Positions 20,225-30,524 of a stretch of 64,000 nucleotides of DNA are shown in pieces (within the stretch, counting starts at the first letter, position 1; the number at the start of each line of letters is the position of its first letter). Origin of the DNA: Candidatus Latescibacterota bacterium (GTDB lineage: Bacteria > Latescibacterota > UBA2968 > GCA-2709665); NCBI GenBank assembly GCA_965208835.1, contig OZ242358.1, positions 4,416,001-4,480,000 of the forward strand, written 5' to 3'. Made by a program: the position numbers and the translations under genes. The notes under the pieces were generated by a model. The model was given only the letters and a program-made list of their open reading frames with translations. It ran no database searches and was not told the DNA's origin.

Positions 20225-21409
20225 TAGTGTTTTGTCCCTAAAGTAACTTGACTATTTATTGAGCCTGTCCTATGTTCTCTCTACACGCTTCTTACACCCA
20301 TTGGAAAAGGAGAGAACCATGGGACGCGGTCGTCCTCGAAAGCCCATTGTGTTGTCTGACCAGGTCCTTGAGGAACTCAACTCACTTTCAAGTTCTCGTA
20401 CGTTGTCGCACGGTCTCGTGCGACGGGCCAAGATCGTCCTGATGAGCGCGGATGGTCTCAGTAACCGGGTGATTGCCCAAAAGGTCGGGCTGAGCCAGCA
20501 GAGCGTCATCACCTGGCGGAACCGCTTTCTCCAGCAAGGTTTGATGGGTCTGTATGATGAACGCCGTTCGGGCAGACCACGCACGGTTCAAGCCGAGGCC
20601 ATCACCGGACTGATCCGCAAGACGCTGACCACAAAACCAACGGACGGCAGCACCCATTGGACCTGTCGATCCATCGCTGCCGCAACGAAGATATCCAAAT
20701 CCGAGGTGCAACGGATCTGGTCCACAGTGGGGATCGCGCCACACCGACAAAAACACTTCAAGCTATCCAACGATCCCTTCTTCATTGAAAAAGTTCACGA
20801 CATCGTCGGATTGTATCTGGACCCACCCGATTCTGCGATGGTGCTTTGTGTCGACGAGAAAAGCCAGACGCAGGCGCTGGAACGTACCCAACCGCTGTTG
20901 TCGATGGGACTGGGATACGTGGAGGGCGTGACGCACGATTACCGCCGCCACGGCACCACGACGTTGTTCGCCGCCCTGGACGTTGCCACGGGTGAGGTGT
21001 TGACGCAATGCAAGCGCAGGCACCGCCACCAGGAGTTTTTGCAGTTCCTCAAAAACATCGACCAAAACGTCCCTGATGACCTCGATGTGCATTTAATCGT
21101 CGACAACTATTGTACCCACAAACACAACAAGGTGAAACGATGGCTTTCACAAAGACCCAGATACCACATACACTTTACCCCGACCTACTCATCTTGGCTC
21201 AACCAGGTCGAGATCTGGTTCAATATCATCACTCAGAAGGCCATCAGGCGCGGCTCCTTCAGGTCCGTCAGAGAACTCATCGACAGAATTCAAACCTTCA
21301 CCGACAACTACAACAAGACGTCCAAACCTTTCGTCTGGACCGCCACCGCGCAATCGATACTCGAAAAAGTCGAACGACTTTGTAAAGCCATTTCTGGGAC
21401 AGGACACCA
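20225..21409 (+). mobile_element. IS630-family insertion sequence
   Basis: Left end CTAGTGTTTTGTCCCTAAA; right end (reverse complement) CTGGTGTCCTGTCCCAGAA. Confidence 0.9.
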
Positions 21410-21416
21410 GCACTGA
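20319..21416 (+). CDS. IS630-family transposase
   Basis: AAGGAG RBS before ATG 20319; [43 protein letters not shown]. Confidence 0.95.
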   Translation: MGRGRPRKPIVLSDQVLEELNSLSSSRTLSHGLVRRAKIVLMSADGLSNRVIAQKVGLSQQSVITWRNRFLQQGLMGLYDERRSGRPRTVQAEAITGLIRKTLTTKPTDGSTHWTCRSIAAATKISKSEVQRIWSTVGIAPHRQKHFKLSNDPFFIEKVHDIVGLYLDPPDSAMVLCVDEKSQTQALERTQPLLSMGLGYVEGVTHDYRRHGTTTLFAALDVATGEVLTQCKRRHRHQEFLQFLKNIDQNVPDDLDVHLIVDNYCTHKHNKVKRWLSQRPRYHIHFTPTYSSWLNQVEIWFNIITQKAIRRGSFRSVRELIDRIQTFTDNYNKTSKPFVWTATAQSILEKVERLCKAISGTGHQH

Positions 21417-21438
21417 TCTTATCGAGAAAGGATCGCAT

Positions 21439-21798
21439 ATGTTATCCCTGTTTTTGTCCGCAGCCCTATCCGTTTCTCCCGCTATCGCAGACAGTACTGC
21501 GGTGACGATTCAAGATACGCTTGCCTGCGAAGTCCGCTTGTCGGTGCTTCGTGAAGAGCAGACGACGCTGCTGGAGATGGGCGAGGATATGCGTTATTTC
21601 GCTCTTTGGTTGCTTGACGGCGGCTGTTCTGTCGATTCCGTCGCGGTGTGGTACGCGGGTATGCGAAATCTGCAGAAGGATGAGGTGGGGCGTCGCAAGA
21701 ACAGGAAGTCTGTCACGCCCGAGCCATGGACACCCGGTTGCAAAATCCCGGAAGGGTGGACGCGTCCGGATCGTCGACGAAAACCAAACGAACAGTGA
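21439..21798 (+). CDS. Hypothetical secreted protein
   Basis: AAGGA RBS and a signal-peptide-like N-terminus. Confidence 0.55.
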   Translation: MLSLFLSAALSVSPAIADSTAVTIQDTLACEVRLSVLREEQTTLLEMGEDMRYFALWLLDGGCSVDSVAVWYAGMRNLQKDEVGRRKNRKSVTPEPWTPGCKIPEGWTRPDRRRKPNEQ

Positions 21799-22109
21799 GG
21801 AGCCCCTTCGAGAAAACGTGATGGAGGACTCTGAGCGCTTCGCCCTGCGACGTCGATCAGGGTGCATCCCGGGACGAAGCTTCAAAGGATGGCGCGGAAA
21901 TTCCCGTCTGCCCGCGTCGTTGTCCTTCTGTCCGGAACGGTAACGGAAGAAACGGTCGCTCTGCGGAATTATCGGCAGCATCAATGGATCAGACGTCAGC
22001 CTAAACTGTCATACCGAGGATGTCGGCGAGATGGTGGAGCGGACATTCCTGTCAGCTCACGTTCATGCACGGGTGAGGCGAAGGGCATCGCTTGCAGGTT
22101 GGCCGAAAC

Positions 22110-22197
22110 TGTCATCCTGAGGACTTGCCCTGCTTGTGCTGCCTGCACTGAGCTTGTCGAAGGGGGTCGGGGCCGCCCGGCCCGACGAAGGATCTAC
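22110..22197 (+). repeat. REP-like composite (TGTCATCCTGAG...GAGCTTGTCGAAG...CGAAGGATCTAC)
   Basis: Related copies at 30141-30297 and 32889-32927. Confidence 0.7.
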
Positions 22198-22310
22198 TGC
22201 GGCATGGAAGGATGTCATAGCGACGCTGACTTGACGAAAACTCGCAGGCAGCACGACTGCGGTGATTCGGCGTACCAATCACTTTTACCCATTTCCGGGA
22301 GGATTACAAC

Positions 22311-22838
22311 GTGAACCTCGCAAAAAGGACAGCCTGCGGAATCCTCGCGTTGACGGCAATCGCCTTTGCCGGGCTTGCCATTGTCTATGCCCGGTCCGCG
22401 GTCGACGCGCAGATGCGGACCGACGCCCTGCAAAGCCTGAACAATGGCGACTCAGGCGCCACCAGGTCGGTGGTGACCTTACAAGCACTACGGCCGGACC
22501 TGGGCGGATCTCAAGCGAATCCTGAGAATCGCTCTCTTTGGGGTGCACTGTCCATAGACGTCAATCAGGGGCAGAGATGGGGCTGGGCAATCGACTATGC
22601 GACGGTTCGAGAGGCGGAACAACGCGCACTTTCGGAGTGTGGCAGCAACTGCCGCGTCGTCATGACGTTCCGAAACCAGTGCGCGGCCTATGCGGCGGAC
22701 CAGGAAAAGGGCAGCACGATCTACGGATGGGGGAAGGACAGTACCAGCGCAGCAGCGAAGAACAGGGCACTGAACGAGTGCCGCAATCGGGGTGGGAAAT
22801 CGTGCATTGTGCGCGTTTGGGGCTGTACGCGGCGATAG
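22311..22838 (+). CDS. Secreted DUF4189-like protein
   Basis: WGALS...WGWA...AEQRALSEC...C...QCAAYA...YGWG...ALNEC..GGKSC. Signal peptide similar to that of 1495..2529. Confidence 0.75.
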   Translation: MNLAKRTACGILALTAIAFAGLAIVYARSAVDAQMRTDALQSLNNGDSGATRSVVTLQALRPDLGGSQANPENRSLWGALSIDVNQGQRWGWAIDYATVREAEQRALSECGSNCRVVMTFRNQCAAYAADQEKGSTIYGWGKDSTSAAAKNRALNECRNRGGKSCIVRVWGCTRR

Positions 22839-22844
22839 AGAAAC

Positions 22845-23187
22845 GAAGCAGGCCCTGGCGGACTGAATGAATGTGATGGCAGGCGGAAACCCCAGCGGAT
22901 GCCCCCCTGTGACTTCCGGCGCGCCGTCGCAGTCGCCAGCGCCCAAAGGGGATCCGATGCAACCGGCGCTTCAGAACATGGAGACGGTCTGTGGAAAGAA
23001 ACACGGGAGCGGTTTATCGGTCAATGTCGACGCCCGGTTCAATTGCCTGGCGGCGTTCGGCGACTACTGCACGCTCAATCGTGCGCCGAGTGAAGAAGCC
23101 AGGACGAAACTGCGCGCCAGGTTGGCGCAGAACTGCGGGGTGTTACAGGGTATCGGCGCGGCGGGTAAATGTTCGTATTGTCGATAG
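22845..23187 (+). pseudogene. Orphan copy of the Cys-rich C-terminal domain of ankyrin protein 27140..29920
   Basis: QALAD*MNVMAG...DPMQPALQNMETVCG...CLAAFGD...GKCSYC aligns with QAITDWARVMAG...GKCSYCQ, with TGA at the Trp position. Confidence 0.75.
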
Positions 23188-23615
23188 TTGGCGGGTCGAC
23201 CGCTATCAAATCGCGAGTCAGGAAAACCTGGCAGAAATTCAGTTGCGCGACTGATACAAGGTGCGGCCCCGCAATGCTGGTGGGTGGACGGATGGTCCAC
23301 ACCATGGAAGTCCCCACACGGGATACAAACCGAAATGCGGTCGCCATACTGATCTGAGATAAAATATCTCGTGCGCGGCAGGTCGCATTCACCATCGCGT
23401 GATGTCTACCGTCATGTAGTCGACTTCAGCCTGTCTCCCGTTTGGCATCGTTTGTGTCGGCTTTTCGATGTAGATGCATCCGAAAAGCTCTTACAATTGT
23501 AGAACCATTCGACACTCAGTCAGTTGAATATTAATAAATTAGTTTCATATCGGGCGTCTCTCGAGTTTGTCAACAACCTGGCGCCTTTCCTGGAAGTACA
23601 AGTCGGGAGGTTGAC

Positions 23616-24656
23616 ATGGACTTTCGTTCAGTAAAGATTCGCAATATGCAGGCGGCGTATCTGTTCCTTGCCAAACTGAAGTCGTTCTCGAGGCCCGTTG
23701 TTTTCCTCGTGATGTGTGTAACCGCACCATCCACAACCCTGCCTGGATCAGCGCCAGTGGTGGCCCTTCATCCTCGCAGCGTTCCCGGAGAGGCAGGTAT
23801 CAACATTACGAGGATAACGGAGAAAGAGGATGTGCATTTTAGCGCTTGGATCGCGGATATGCTGTCGTATGACGACCCACCGCCGCAGAACTTCAGCATC
23901 GCGGAAGGCAGAATGGCTTATGTCGATGTTAATGACGGCGGACTCGATGTGTACACCAGGGAGTTGGATGGCGAAAATCCAGTGCGTCAGACGACATTCA
24001 GTGGAAACGTCAGAGGCGTTTCTCTTTCTCCCGACGGAGTACACATAGCTTACGTCGAAGAACTGCACGGACTTTGGAATGTCTTCGTATCGACGTGGAA
24101 TATCGACCCAACTCCGCGTCAGATTAACAGGCGGGGAACGTCTGCGATATTCCCGGTATTTTCGCCTGACAGTTCAACGATTCTCTTCTATGGATCCCAA
24201 ACAAACGGGTACGGCATTTGCACGTATGATCTGGACACTGGCAACCGGGCGTTTTTCGGTGTAGGCGTCGGATTATCGTTTACTCCGGACGGAAGGAAAA
24301 TCGCGACGATACGTGAGAGAGGAGACACCGACTTCTACGAAATCTGGCTGGTTGATCTGGAAAACGGGGATGAATCCCTCGTGCTGTCTTCCAAACATCG
24401 AAGTTACATAGATTGTGCGGTTTCGCCGGACGGCAAAAGAATCGCAGTTGTTTCGACATTCGCAATTGAAGGCACTCCGCCTAATTTGGACATTTTCTTG
24501 GCCAACCTCGACGGAACGGGTCTCAGGCAGATGACTTTTCATCCGGGCAACGACCTGACGCCCAGATGGTCAGCAGACGGCCGGTCATTGTATATCGTAT
24601 CACAGCGAGGGACGAGCAGCGGAAATTACAGTATATGGCGCATGGACTTAGACTAG
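23616..24656 (+). CDS. TolB-like (PD40) beta-propeller protein
   Basis: SLSPDG, PVFSPDS, SFTPDG, AVSPDG, PRWSADG repeats; DIFLANLDGTGLRQMT. Confidence 0.85.
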   Translation: MDFRSVKIRNMQAAYLFLAKLKSFSRPVVFLVMCVTAPSTTLPGSAPVVALHPRSVPGEAGINITRITEKEDVHFSAWIADMLSYDDPPPQNFSIAEGRMAYVDVNDGGLDVYTRELDGENPVRQTTFSGNVRGVSLSPDGVHIAYVEELHGLWNVFVSTWNIDPTPRQINRRGTSAIFPVFSPDSSTILFYGSQTNGYGICTYDLDTGNRAFFGVGVGLSFTPDGRKIATIRERGDTDFYEIWLVDLENGDESLVLSSKHRSYIDCAVSPDGKRIAVVSTFAIEGTPPNLDIFLANLDGTGLRQMTFHPGNDLTPRWSADGRSLYIVSQRGTSSGNYSIWRMDLD

Positions 24657-24942
24657 CTCGCGAGCTGCACGGGGTTTAGGCAGGGAAGCCAAACCCTGGC
24701 GGCGATGATGTCCAACCGCCAATGATGTCACCTCCAATTCGTATCGGTTGCAGGTCAGGATCCGCGAAGGTTTGAGAAACGGTACAGGTATCATGGTTTC
24801 GAATGCGTTCGGAGCAGGGAAAGCCGACGCGACTATTCGAGTTGGTAACCTATCGCGCGACTTCCAACGCAACTTGAACAATCGAACCCGGATAGAGTTT
24901 TCGCTCGATAATGGCAGCATGAAGGACAATTGGAGATTCAGC

Positions 24943-26790
24943 ATGATGGCGACACGCACTGGCTTTTACCTTGTGGTCCTGCTTTCATTCGTTGCAGCAG
25001 TACCTGCCAGAAGCTCCGAGACACGACTGGTGCTACTTCCGCCGGAGAATGTGGCGTACCAGTATGTTCATCTGGTGGAAGAGCTGCATACCGATCAAGA
25101 CCACGCGGAAACTTTCGAACTCCCGGATAATATCACAGCGCTTCAGAGCGAGGACAGCTTCAAGTTGCCCGGCCTGCGCAACTACAAAGCAGCGTGTGTC
25201 GGGCAGTCTGCAGATTCAATGAGGAATATCCCTTACACGGAGGCCGGGCATTCGGGGGATTCTTCGGCAATCGGGAAAGACGGTAAGCTCTTCAAAGAGG
25301 GACGGATACCGTTTAAGAGGGGAACGGCAGATGTTGAGGAATCATGTGTTGGAGAGTTTTTAGGGGAAAGTTGTTGGATGGCCGTAGCCAACCACACCGA
25401 TTGCCGCGTCTGGAACCCTGACCTCAGACCGGACGAGACCGTGATCTGGACCGGCAGTTGTTCAGGGAATTTGGCCGAAGGAAAGGGGACGATCATCTGG
25501 ACATACGTTGGTAGGGACACGCTCGAGACTACGGAGGCGGGAAAAGGGCGCCTGCAGAAAGGCAAATATCACGGACACTGGATCGAGCATTATTGGGATG
25601 GAACGGTCGGGAAGGGTACCTATGCGGATGGCAAGCGGCACGGACAATGGGACTATCGTTATCCTGGTGAAACGGGACCTGATGCCGCGTTTCTGGACGG
25701 CAACAATCGGGGGCAGGGGGTCTATTACGAAACGAATGAAAGGGTATGGGGAGGTCGTTTTGTCGCCGGCAAGAAGCAGGGCCAATGGCGTGAATGTTAT
25801 CCACGTGGCGTACAGAAGGCGTCATTTGTGGATAGCAGCAGACGCGGCCATTGGGTCTGGATTTATGAAAATTGGTTCGGCGCCGTTGAAGACGGTGAGG
25901 TATCGCCACATTTGGTGTATGGATATAATGATGGGACGGCTGGCGAAGGCCCTTATGTGGATGGCAAGAAACACGGTCATTGGGTATTTACGGATAGCGA
26001 TAGCAGCCTAGTGGAAGAAGGCCCCTACGTGGAAGGCCGGAAGCATGGCCATTGGGCTCGTCGTCAGGATAATGGGTATGAGACTGAAGGCCTCTACGTG
26101 GACAACAGGAAGCACGGACTCTGGGTCGTACGCTATCCCTTTGGTAGTGTAGAACAGGGGCCCTATGTAAACGGTAAGAAGCACGGACACTGGGTCGAAC
26201 GTCAGGCCGACGGCAAAGGATGGGGTAGCTATGACGAGGAGCACGTACAATGGCTCAAACGCGAGACGGAAGGGACGGAATGGGGAGGTCCATATGTGAA
26301 CGACAAGAAGCACGGCCATTGGATAGAACGTGACCTTCAAGGCGGTCGAAGTGAAGGTCGCTATCTGGATGGGGAGAAGCACGGACACTGGGTCCGGCAT
26401 ATCGGCCGGCGCGATTACGTGCTGTTCCATATCGAATCGGAGGAAGGCTCTTATTTACACGGCAAGAAAACCGGTCATTGGGTCACCCTTTTCTGCGATG
26501 GCAGCGTAGAGGAAGGCAACTACACGGACGACAAACGGGACGGCCGTTGGGTCATGCGTCACCGAAACGGAGACGTAGAGTACACCGAGTGGATAGATGG
26601 CAAGCGTCATGGCGGGTGGTTGACGCGTCATTTGAAAGAGTATCAATCAAAAGGCAGGTATATAGACGGAGAAAAAGATGGCGTATGGTACAAATGGCTG
26701 AAGGATGATCGAGCGTGCTGGTCCGCTACATTTCGTCAGGGCGCAATTCTAGAAAATAAAGTGGTCAATCAGGAAATGTGTCGGCGGTGA
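24943..26790 (+). CDS. Secreted MORN-variant repeat protein with a degenerate LPPE module
   Basis: GGAG RBS before ATG 24943, signal peptide, LPPENVAYQY...SADSMR, CWMAV...CRVWN...WTGSC, many EGPYVDGKKHGHW repeats. Confidence 0.85.
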   Translation: MMATRTGFYLVVLLSFVAAVPARSSETRLVLLPPENVAYQYVHLVEELHTDQDHAETFELPDNITALQSEDSFKLPGLRNYKAACVGQSADSMRNIPYTEAGHSGDSSAIGKDGKLFKEGRIPFKRGTADVEESCVGEFLGESCWMAVANHTDCRVWNPDLRPDETVIWTGSCSGNLAEGKGTIIWTYVGRDTLETTEAGKGRLQKGKYHGHWIEHYWDGTVGKGTYADGKRHGQWDYRYPGETGPDAAFLDGNNRGQGVYYETNERVWGGRFVAGKKQGQWRECYPRGVQKASFVDSSRRGHWVWIYENWFGAVEDGEVSPHLVYGYNDGTAGEGPYVDGKKHGHWVFTDSDSSLVEEGPYVEGRKHGHWARRQDNGYETEGLYVDNRKHGLWVVRYPFGSVEQGPYVNGKKHGHWVERQADGKGWGSYDEEHVQWLKRETEGTEWGGPYVNDKKHGHWIERDLQGGRSEGRYLDGEKHGHWVRHIGRRDYVLFHIESEEGSYLHGKKTGHWVTLFCDGSVEEGNYTDDKRDGRWVMRHRNGDVEYTEWIDGKRHGGWLTRHLKEYQSKGRYIDGEKDGVWYKWLKDDRACWSATFRQGAILENKVVNQEMCRR

Positions 26791-27139
26791 ACGGGCCACG
26801 TGACGGGTTCCAGTTTAAACGCGCCAATATCGCCCATGAAGCGGTGAGCGCGGATCTGTCAACAGGCAGTGACGGCTAGTTTTGCAAGGATGCACAGGCG
26901 CAGTTGATCAGAGATTCCCAAACCACTCTTTTTGGCGAGTCGCATTTCACGAATGGGTCAGGTTTAACCCTACACTTCTCGCATTAGTGTTGTCAGTATC
27001 TTTCTGCCATTTGTCGCGCCATCAAGGAACGGATTAAAGAATCGGACGGCTCTTGTCCGAGTTGTCAAACGAGAGCATTGGTGGGATTTCACGAGGCCGG
27101 TTCCGTTATGCGTGGTTGTGTGCTTCTTGGGGAGACCCG

Positions 27140-29920
27140 ATGCTTCCTGCAATCAGATGTTTTGCTGCTACATTCCTCCTCGTAATTTTCACGGTCACCT
27201 CCGCCCAGCGCTTCGACGCTGCTCAGCGGTCGCTACCCCCTGAAATCCTGGCCGACGCCTATATGCTGCAGGTGGAGCAGGCCGTTCGCGACGGAGATAT
27301 AAACCGGGCAAAGGCCGTGATTCACAAAATCCGCGGTCTGCAGGAACAGCACGAATTGGACGTGGAGATTGAGTTTGACTTCAGGTACGCACGTGCAGCG
27401 GGCGCTGTCGGTATGTCCGATCTGGCGCTTGAATTCGTGGTGAAGTACCTCGCTGCGGCGGGACCCGAAGGCCAACACTATCACGATGCCCTTGCGTTGA
27501 TGAACAGAGCGAAGGCCGGATCGTCGGGAGGCGATGTATCGGTACAATTATCACCGGATATTATCACGGACGCAAAACTCTCGGACGCGGAGCAGGCGAT
27601 TCGAGAAGGTGACACGGATCGGGCGCGGACCGCAATTCAAGATGTCCGTAAGCTGCAGGAGCAATATGCTCTCGAACCTCTGGATACGTTTCACTTCAGG
27701 TACGGGAAAGCAGCGGGCGCCATCGACTTGCCTGAACTGGCGCTCGAGTCCGTGGTCAAGTACCTGGCCGTATCAGGGCGTGAGGGGCAGCACTACGTCG
27801 ACGCCCTGGAACTGATGAACCGCGCGCAAATTGCGGTAAGTTGTAAGGGATGGGACTCGGAAGAATATTTCAAGACGGCGACCGTCGATGAGGTCAAGGC
27901 CTGCCTCGACACGGGTATCGACGCAAAGACCAAGGACGATTCCGGCGTAACGCCGCTTCACCGGGCGGCGAGATATTCCGATAACGCGGAGGTCATTACC
28001 GCGCTGCTGAATGCGGGAGTGGACAAGGAATCGAAGGACAGCGACGAAAGAAACCCCCTGCATTGGGCGGTCGCGCACCACAATGCGGTTGCCGTCAAGG
28101 CGCTTATCGATGTAGGCGCCGATCCGAACGCACGGGACCATGACGGCCAGACACCCTTGCTTGACGCCGCGAAGAATATCGAGAATCAGGAAATCGTCGA
28201 ATCCCTGCTCAATGCGGGCGCCGACAAGGAGGCAATGGACAGATATGGACTGACACCCCTGTATCTGGCGGCCTGGTATAATAACACGGTTGCTTTAGCG
28301 GCACTCATTAGGGCTGGCGCCAACTTGGAAGCTAAAGACAAGCGTGGATTGACTCCCCTGCACTGGGCTGTTGAGCGGGGACATCCCGACGCGATCCGAT
28401 TACTTCTAGCGGCCGGGGCCGATAAGGCGCGTGTACGAGAAAAATGGACTGCTCTGCATTGGGCAGTTTCGTACATCGAAAATCCATCCTCAATTGAGGC
28501 TATGCTTAAGGCGGGGGCCAAGCAAAAATCCGCGGGTTGGTCTAAAACCAGGCCGCTGCATGTAGCTGCGAAGTACAAAAAGAATCCGGAAGTTATCAAC
28601 GCACTGATTGAAGCTGGCGCCGACGTAAACGCCAAGGATAGGGGCAAAAACCGACCCCTGCACGAGGCGGCTTCGTACAATGAAAATGCGGATGTTGCCG
28701 AGGCACTGATTAAAGCTGGCGCGGACGTAATGGCACGCAACCGCGGTTCAAAGGAGACGCCGCTGCATCTTGCCGCACATCACAACGATAATCCTGCCGT
28801 TGTCGAATTGCTGCTGAAGGCCGGTGCCGGCCTGGAAACTCAGGACAACGATCACAGAACACCACTACACGGTGCGGCCTGGTACAATGAAAATGCGGAT
28901 ATTGCCAGGGCACTGATTGACGCTGGCGCGGACGTAATGGCACGCGACCGCGGTTCAGAGACGCCGCTGCATCGCGCCGCAAGACACAACGAGAATCCTG
29001 CCGTTGTCGAATTGCTGCTCGAGGCAGGGGCCGATGCAAGCGCTCGCGATGATCGGGGCAACACACCCCTTCACCAAGCAGCGAAATCGAGCAATAATCC
29101 TGTTATTGTCAAATTGCTGCTTGAGGCCGGCGCTGATGCAAGCGCTCGGGATTTCGCCGAGTACACACCCCTTCACCGAGCCGCCGAATCGAACGAGAAT
29201 CCTGTCATTGTCAAATTGCTGCTCGAGGCCGGCGCTGATGCAAGCGCTCGGAATTTTTTAGACTACACACCCTTGCATTACGCCGCCTTAAATAAAAATC
29301 CGGATATTGCACGAGTTCTGATGGATGCTGGCGCCAATCTCAACCTGCGCGACGAAGACCATCGGACGCCGCTGGATATCGCCGAGGAAGAAGGCAACCA
29401 TGCAGTCGCACAGTTACTTGCCGTAGCGGGCGGCGAACGTACGGTGGTATCGCAGTCGACCGTAGAAAAGAAAGGAACAGACTGGTCCAAGGTGGCCGTG
29501 GGTGTGCTGGGTGCGGCGGCGATCGCGCATGCCGGCAAAGACGCGCCGCAGGAGGCTGTCGATCAGGCCATTACGGATTGGGCCAGGGTGATGGCAGGGG
29601 TCGAGTCTTCAGCGGATGCGCCAACCGCTTCCGGCGGGCCGACTCAGGCACAAGGGGAACAGTCGCAGCCGGCGACGGCGGAGGATCCGATGCAACAGGC
29701 GCTCCTGAACATGGAGGCGGTCTGTGGAGAGAAATTCCGGAGCGGATTTGCGGCCAATGACCATGCCCGGTTCTATTGCCTGGCCGCGTTCGGCGACGCC
29801 TGTGCGCTCAAACGGGCGCAGACCGAAGAAGCCAGGACCAGGCTGCGGGCAAGCCTGGCGCGGAACTGCGGGGTCCTGACCGGTATTGGCGCGGTGGGAA
29901 AGTGTTCATACTGTCAGTGA
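27140..29920 (+). CDS. Secreted ankyrin-repeat protein with two LPPE modules and a Cys-rich C-terminal domain
   Basis: GGAG RBS before ATG 27140; LPPEILADAY and LSPDIITDAK modules; many TPLHxAA...LLxAGAD repeats. Confidence 0.92.
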   Translation: MLPAIRCFAATFLLVIFTVTSAQRFDAAQRSLPPEILADAYMLQVEQAVRDGDINRAKAVIHKIRGLQEQHELDVEIEFDFRYARAAGAVGMSDLALEFVVKYLAAAGPEGQHYHDALALMNRAKAGSSGGDVSVQLSPDIITDAKLSDAEQAIREGDTDRARTAIQDVRKLQEQYALEPLDTFHFRYGKAAGAIDLPELALESVVKYLAVSGREGQHYVDALELMNRAQIAVSCKGWDSEEYFKTATVDEVKACLDTGIDAKTKDDSGVTPLHRAARYSDNAEVITALLNAGVDKESKDSDERNPLHWAVAHHNAVAVKALIDVGADPNARDHDGQTPLLDAAKNIENQEIVESLLNAGADKEAMDRYGLTPLYLAAWYNNTVALAALIRAGANLEAKDKRGLTPLHWAVERGHPDAIRLLLAAGADKARVREKWTALHWAVSYIENPSSIEAMLKAGAKQKSAGWSKTRPLHVAAKYKKNPEVINALIEAGADVNAKDRGKNRPLHEAASYNENADVAEALIKAGADVMARNRGSKETPLHLAAHHNDNPAVVELLLKAGAGLETQDNDHRTPLHGAAWYNENADIARALIDAGADVMARDRGSETPLHRAARHNENPAVVELLLEAGADASARDDRGNTPLHQAAKSSNNPVIVKLLLEAGADASARDFAEYTPLHRAAESNENPVIVKLLLEAGADASARNFLDYTPLHYAALNKNPDIARVLMDAGANLNLRDEDHRTPLDIAEEEGNHAVAQLLAVAGGERTVVSQSTVEKKGTDWSKVAVGVLGAAAIAHAGKDAPQEAVDQAITDWARVMAGVESSADAPTASGGPTQAQGEQSQPATAEDPMQQALLNMEAVCGEKFRSGFAANDHARFYCLAAFGDACALKRAQTEEARTRLRASLARNCGVLTGIGAVGKCSYCQ

Positions 29921-29969
29921 ATGGCGTCGCAAACCGGCTCCGTGGGGGAACGACGATCGCTCGCAATGC

Positions 29970-30519
29970 TGTCATGCTGAGATGGACGCGACGCTGAAGA
30001 AGTGTCCGCGCACAAGGTCGTCTACAGAGACCATATACGACACGTACAATCGAGAAGACGGGAGATTCTTCGCTCCACTCTGAATGACATGTCTTGAAAT
30101 AACCATTGGTGAAATGTATCGGTCAGGTGTTCGCCCCCACTGTCATCCTGAGGACTTGCCCTGCTTGTGCTGAGCTTGTCGAAGCAAGCCCTCGGTCACT
30201 GATCCGTTGTCCTGCTTGTGCTGAGCCTGTCGAAGCAAGCCTGCCGAAGGATTGTCGAAGGGTCGAAGGGTGCCCGCCAGGCCGACGAAGGATCTACTGC
30301 GACGCCGCATCCATCAAAAGCGTCTGTCACACTCTGACCGACCTGACAGGCAGCACGAATGCGGCCCCTTCAAGCGAAGCCATCCGTCGATTGTCGCCGT
30401 AATCACTCCCCCCTTGAGGGGGAGTCGCAGAAGCCGAGCCGTCCCCTGAGCTTGTGGTCTCTGAGCTTGCTTGCATTGAGCTTGTCGAAAGGGCCGGCGA
30501 CGGCTGATGCGGTGGGGGG
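29970..30519 (+). repeat. Cluster of REP-like elements (GTCAT(C/G)CTGAG, GAGCTTGTCGAAG, type D)
   Basis: Inverted TGTCATGCTGAG...CTCTGAATGACA, a tandem CCTGCTTGTGCTGAGC(T/C)TGTCGAAGCAAGCC, and a type D element at 30401-30519. Confidence 0.7.
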
Positions 30520-30524
30520 TTAAG

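Noticed and set aside
16380-26790. MORN proteins as YwqK-type antitoxins of a toxin-antitoxin system
   Set aside because: They have signal peptides and no adjacent toxin gene. The similarity is limited to the repeat.
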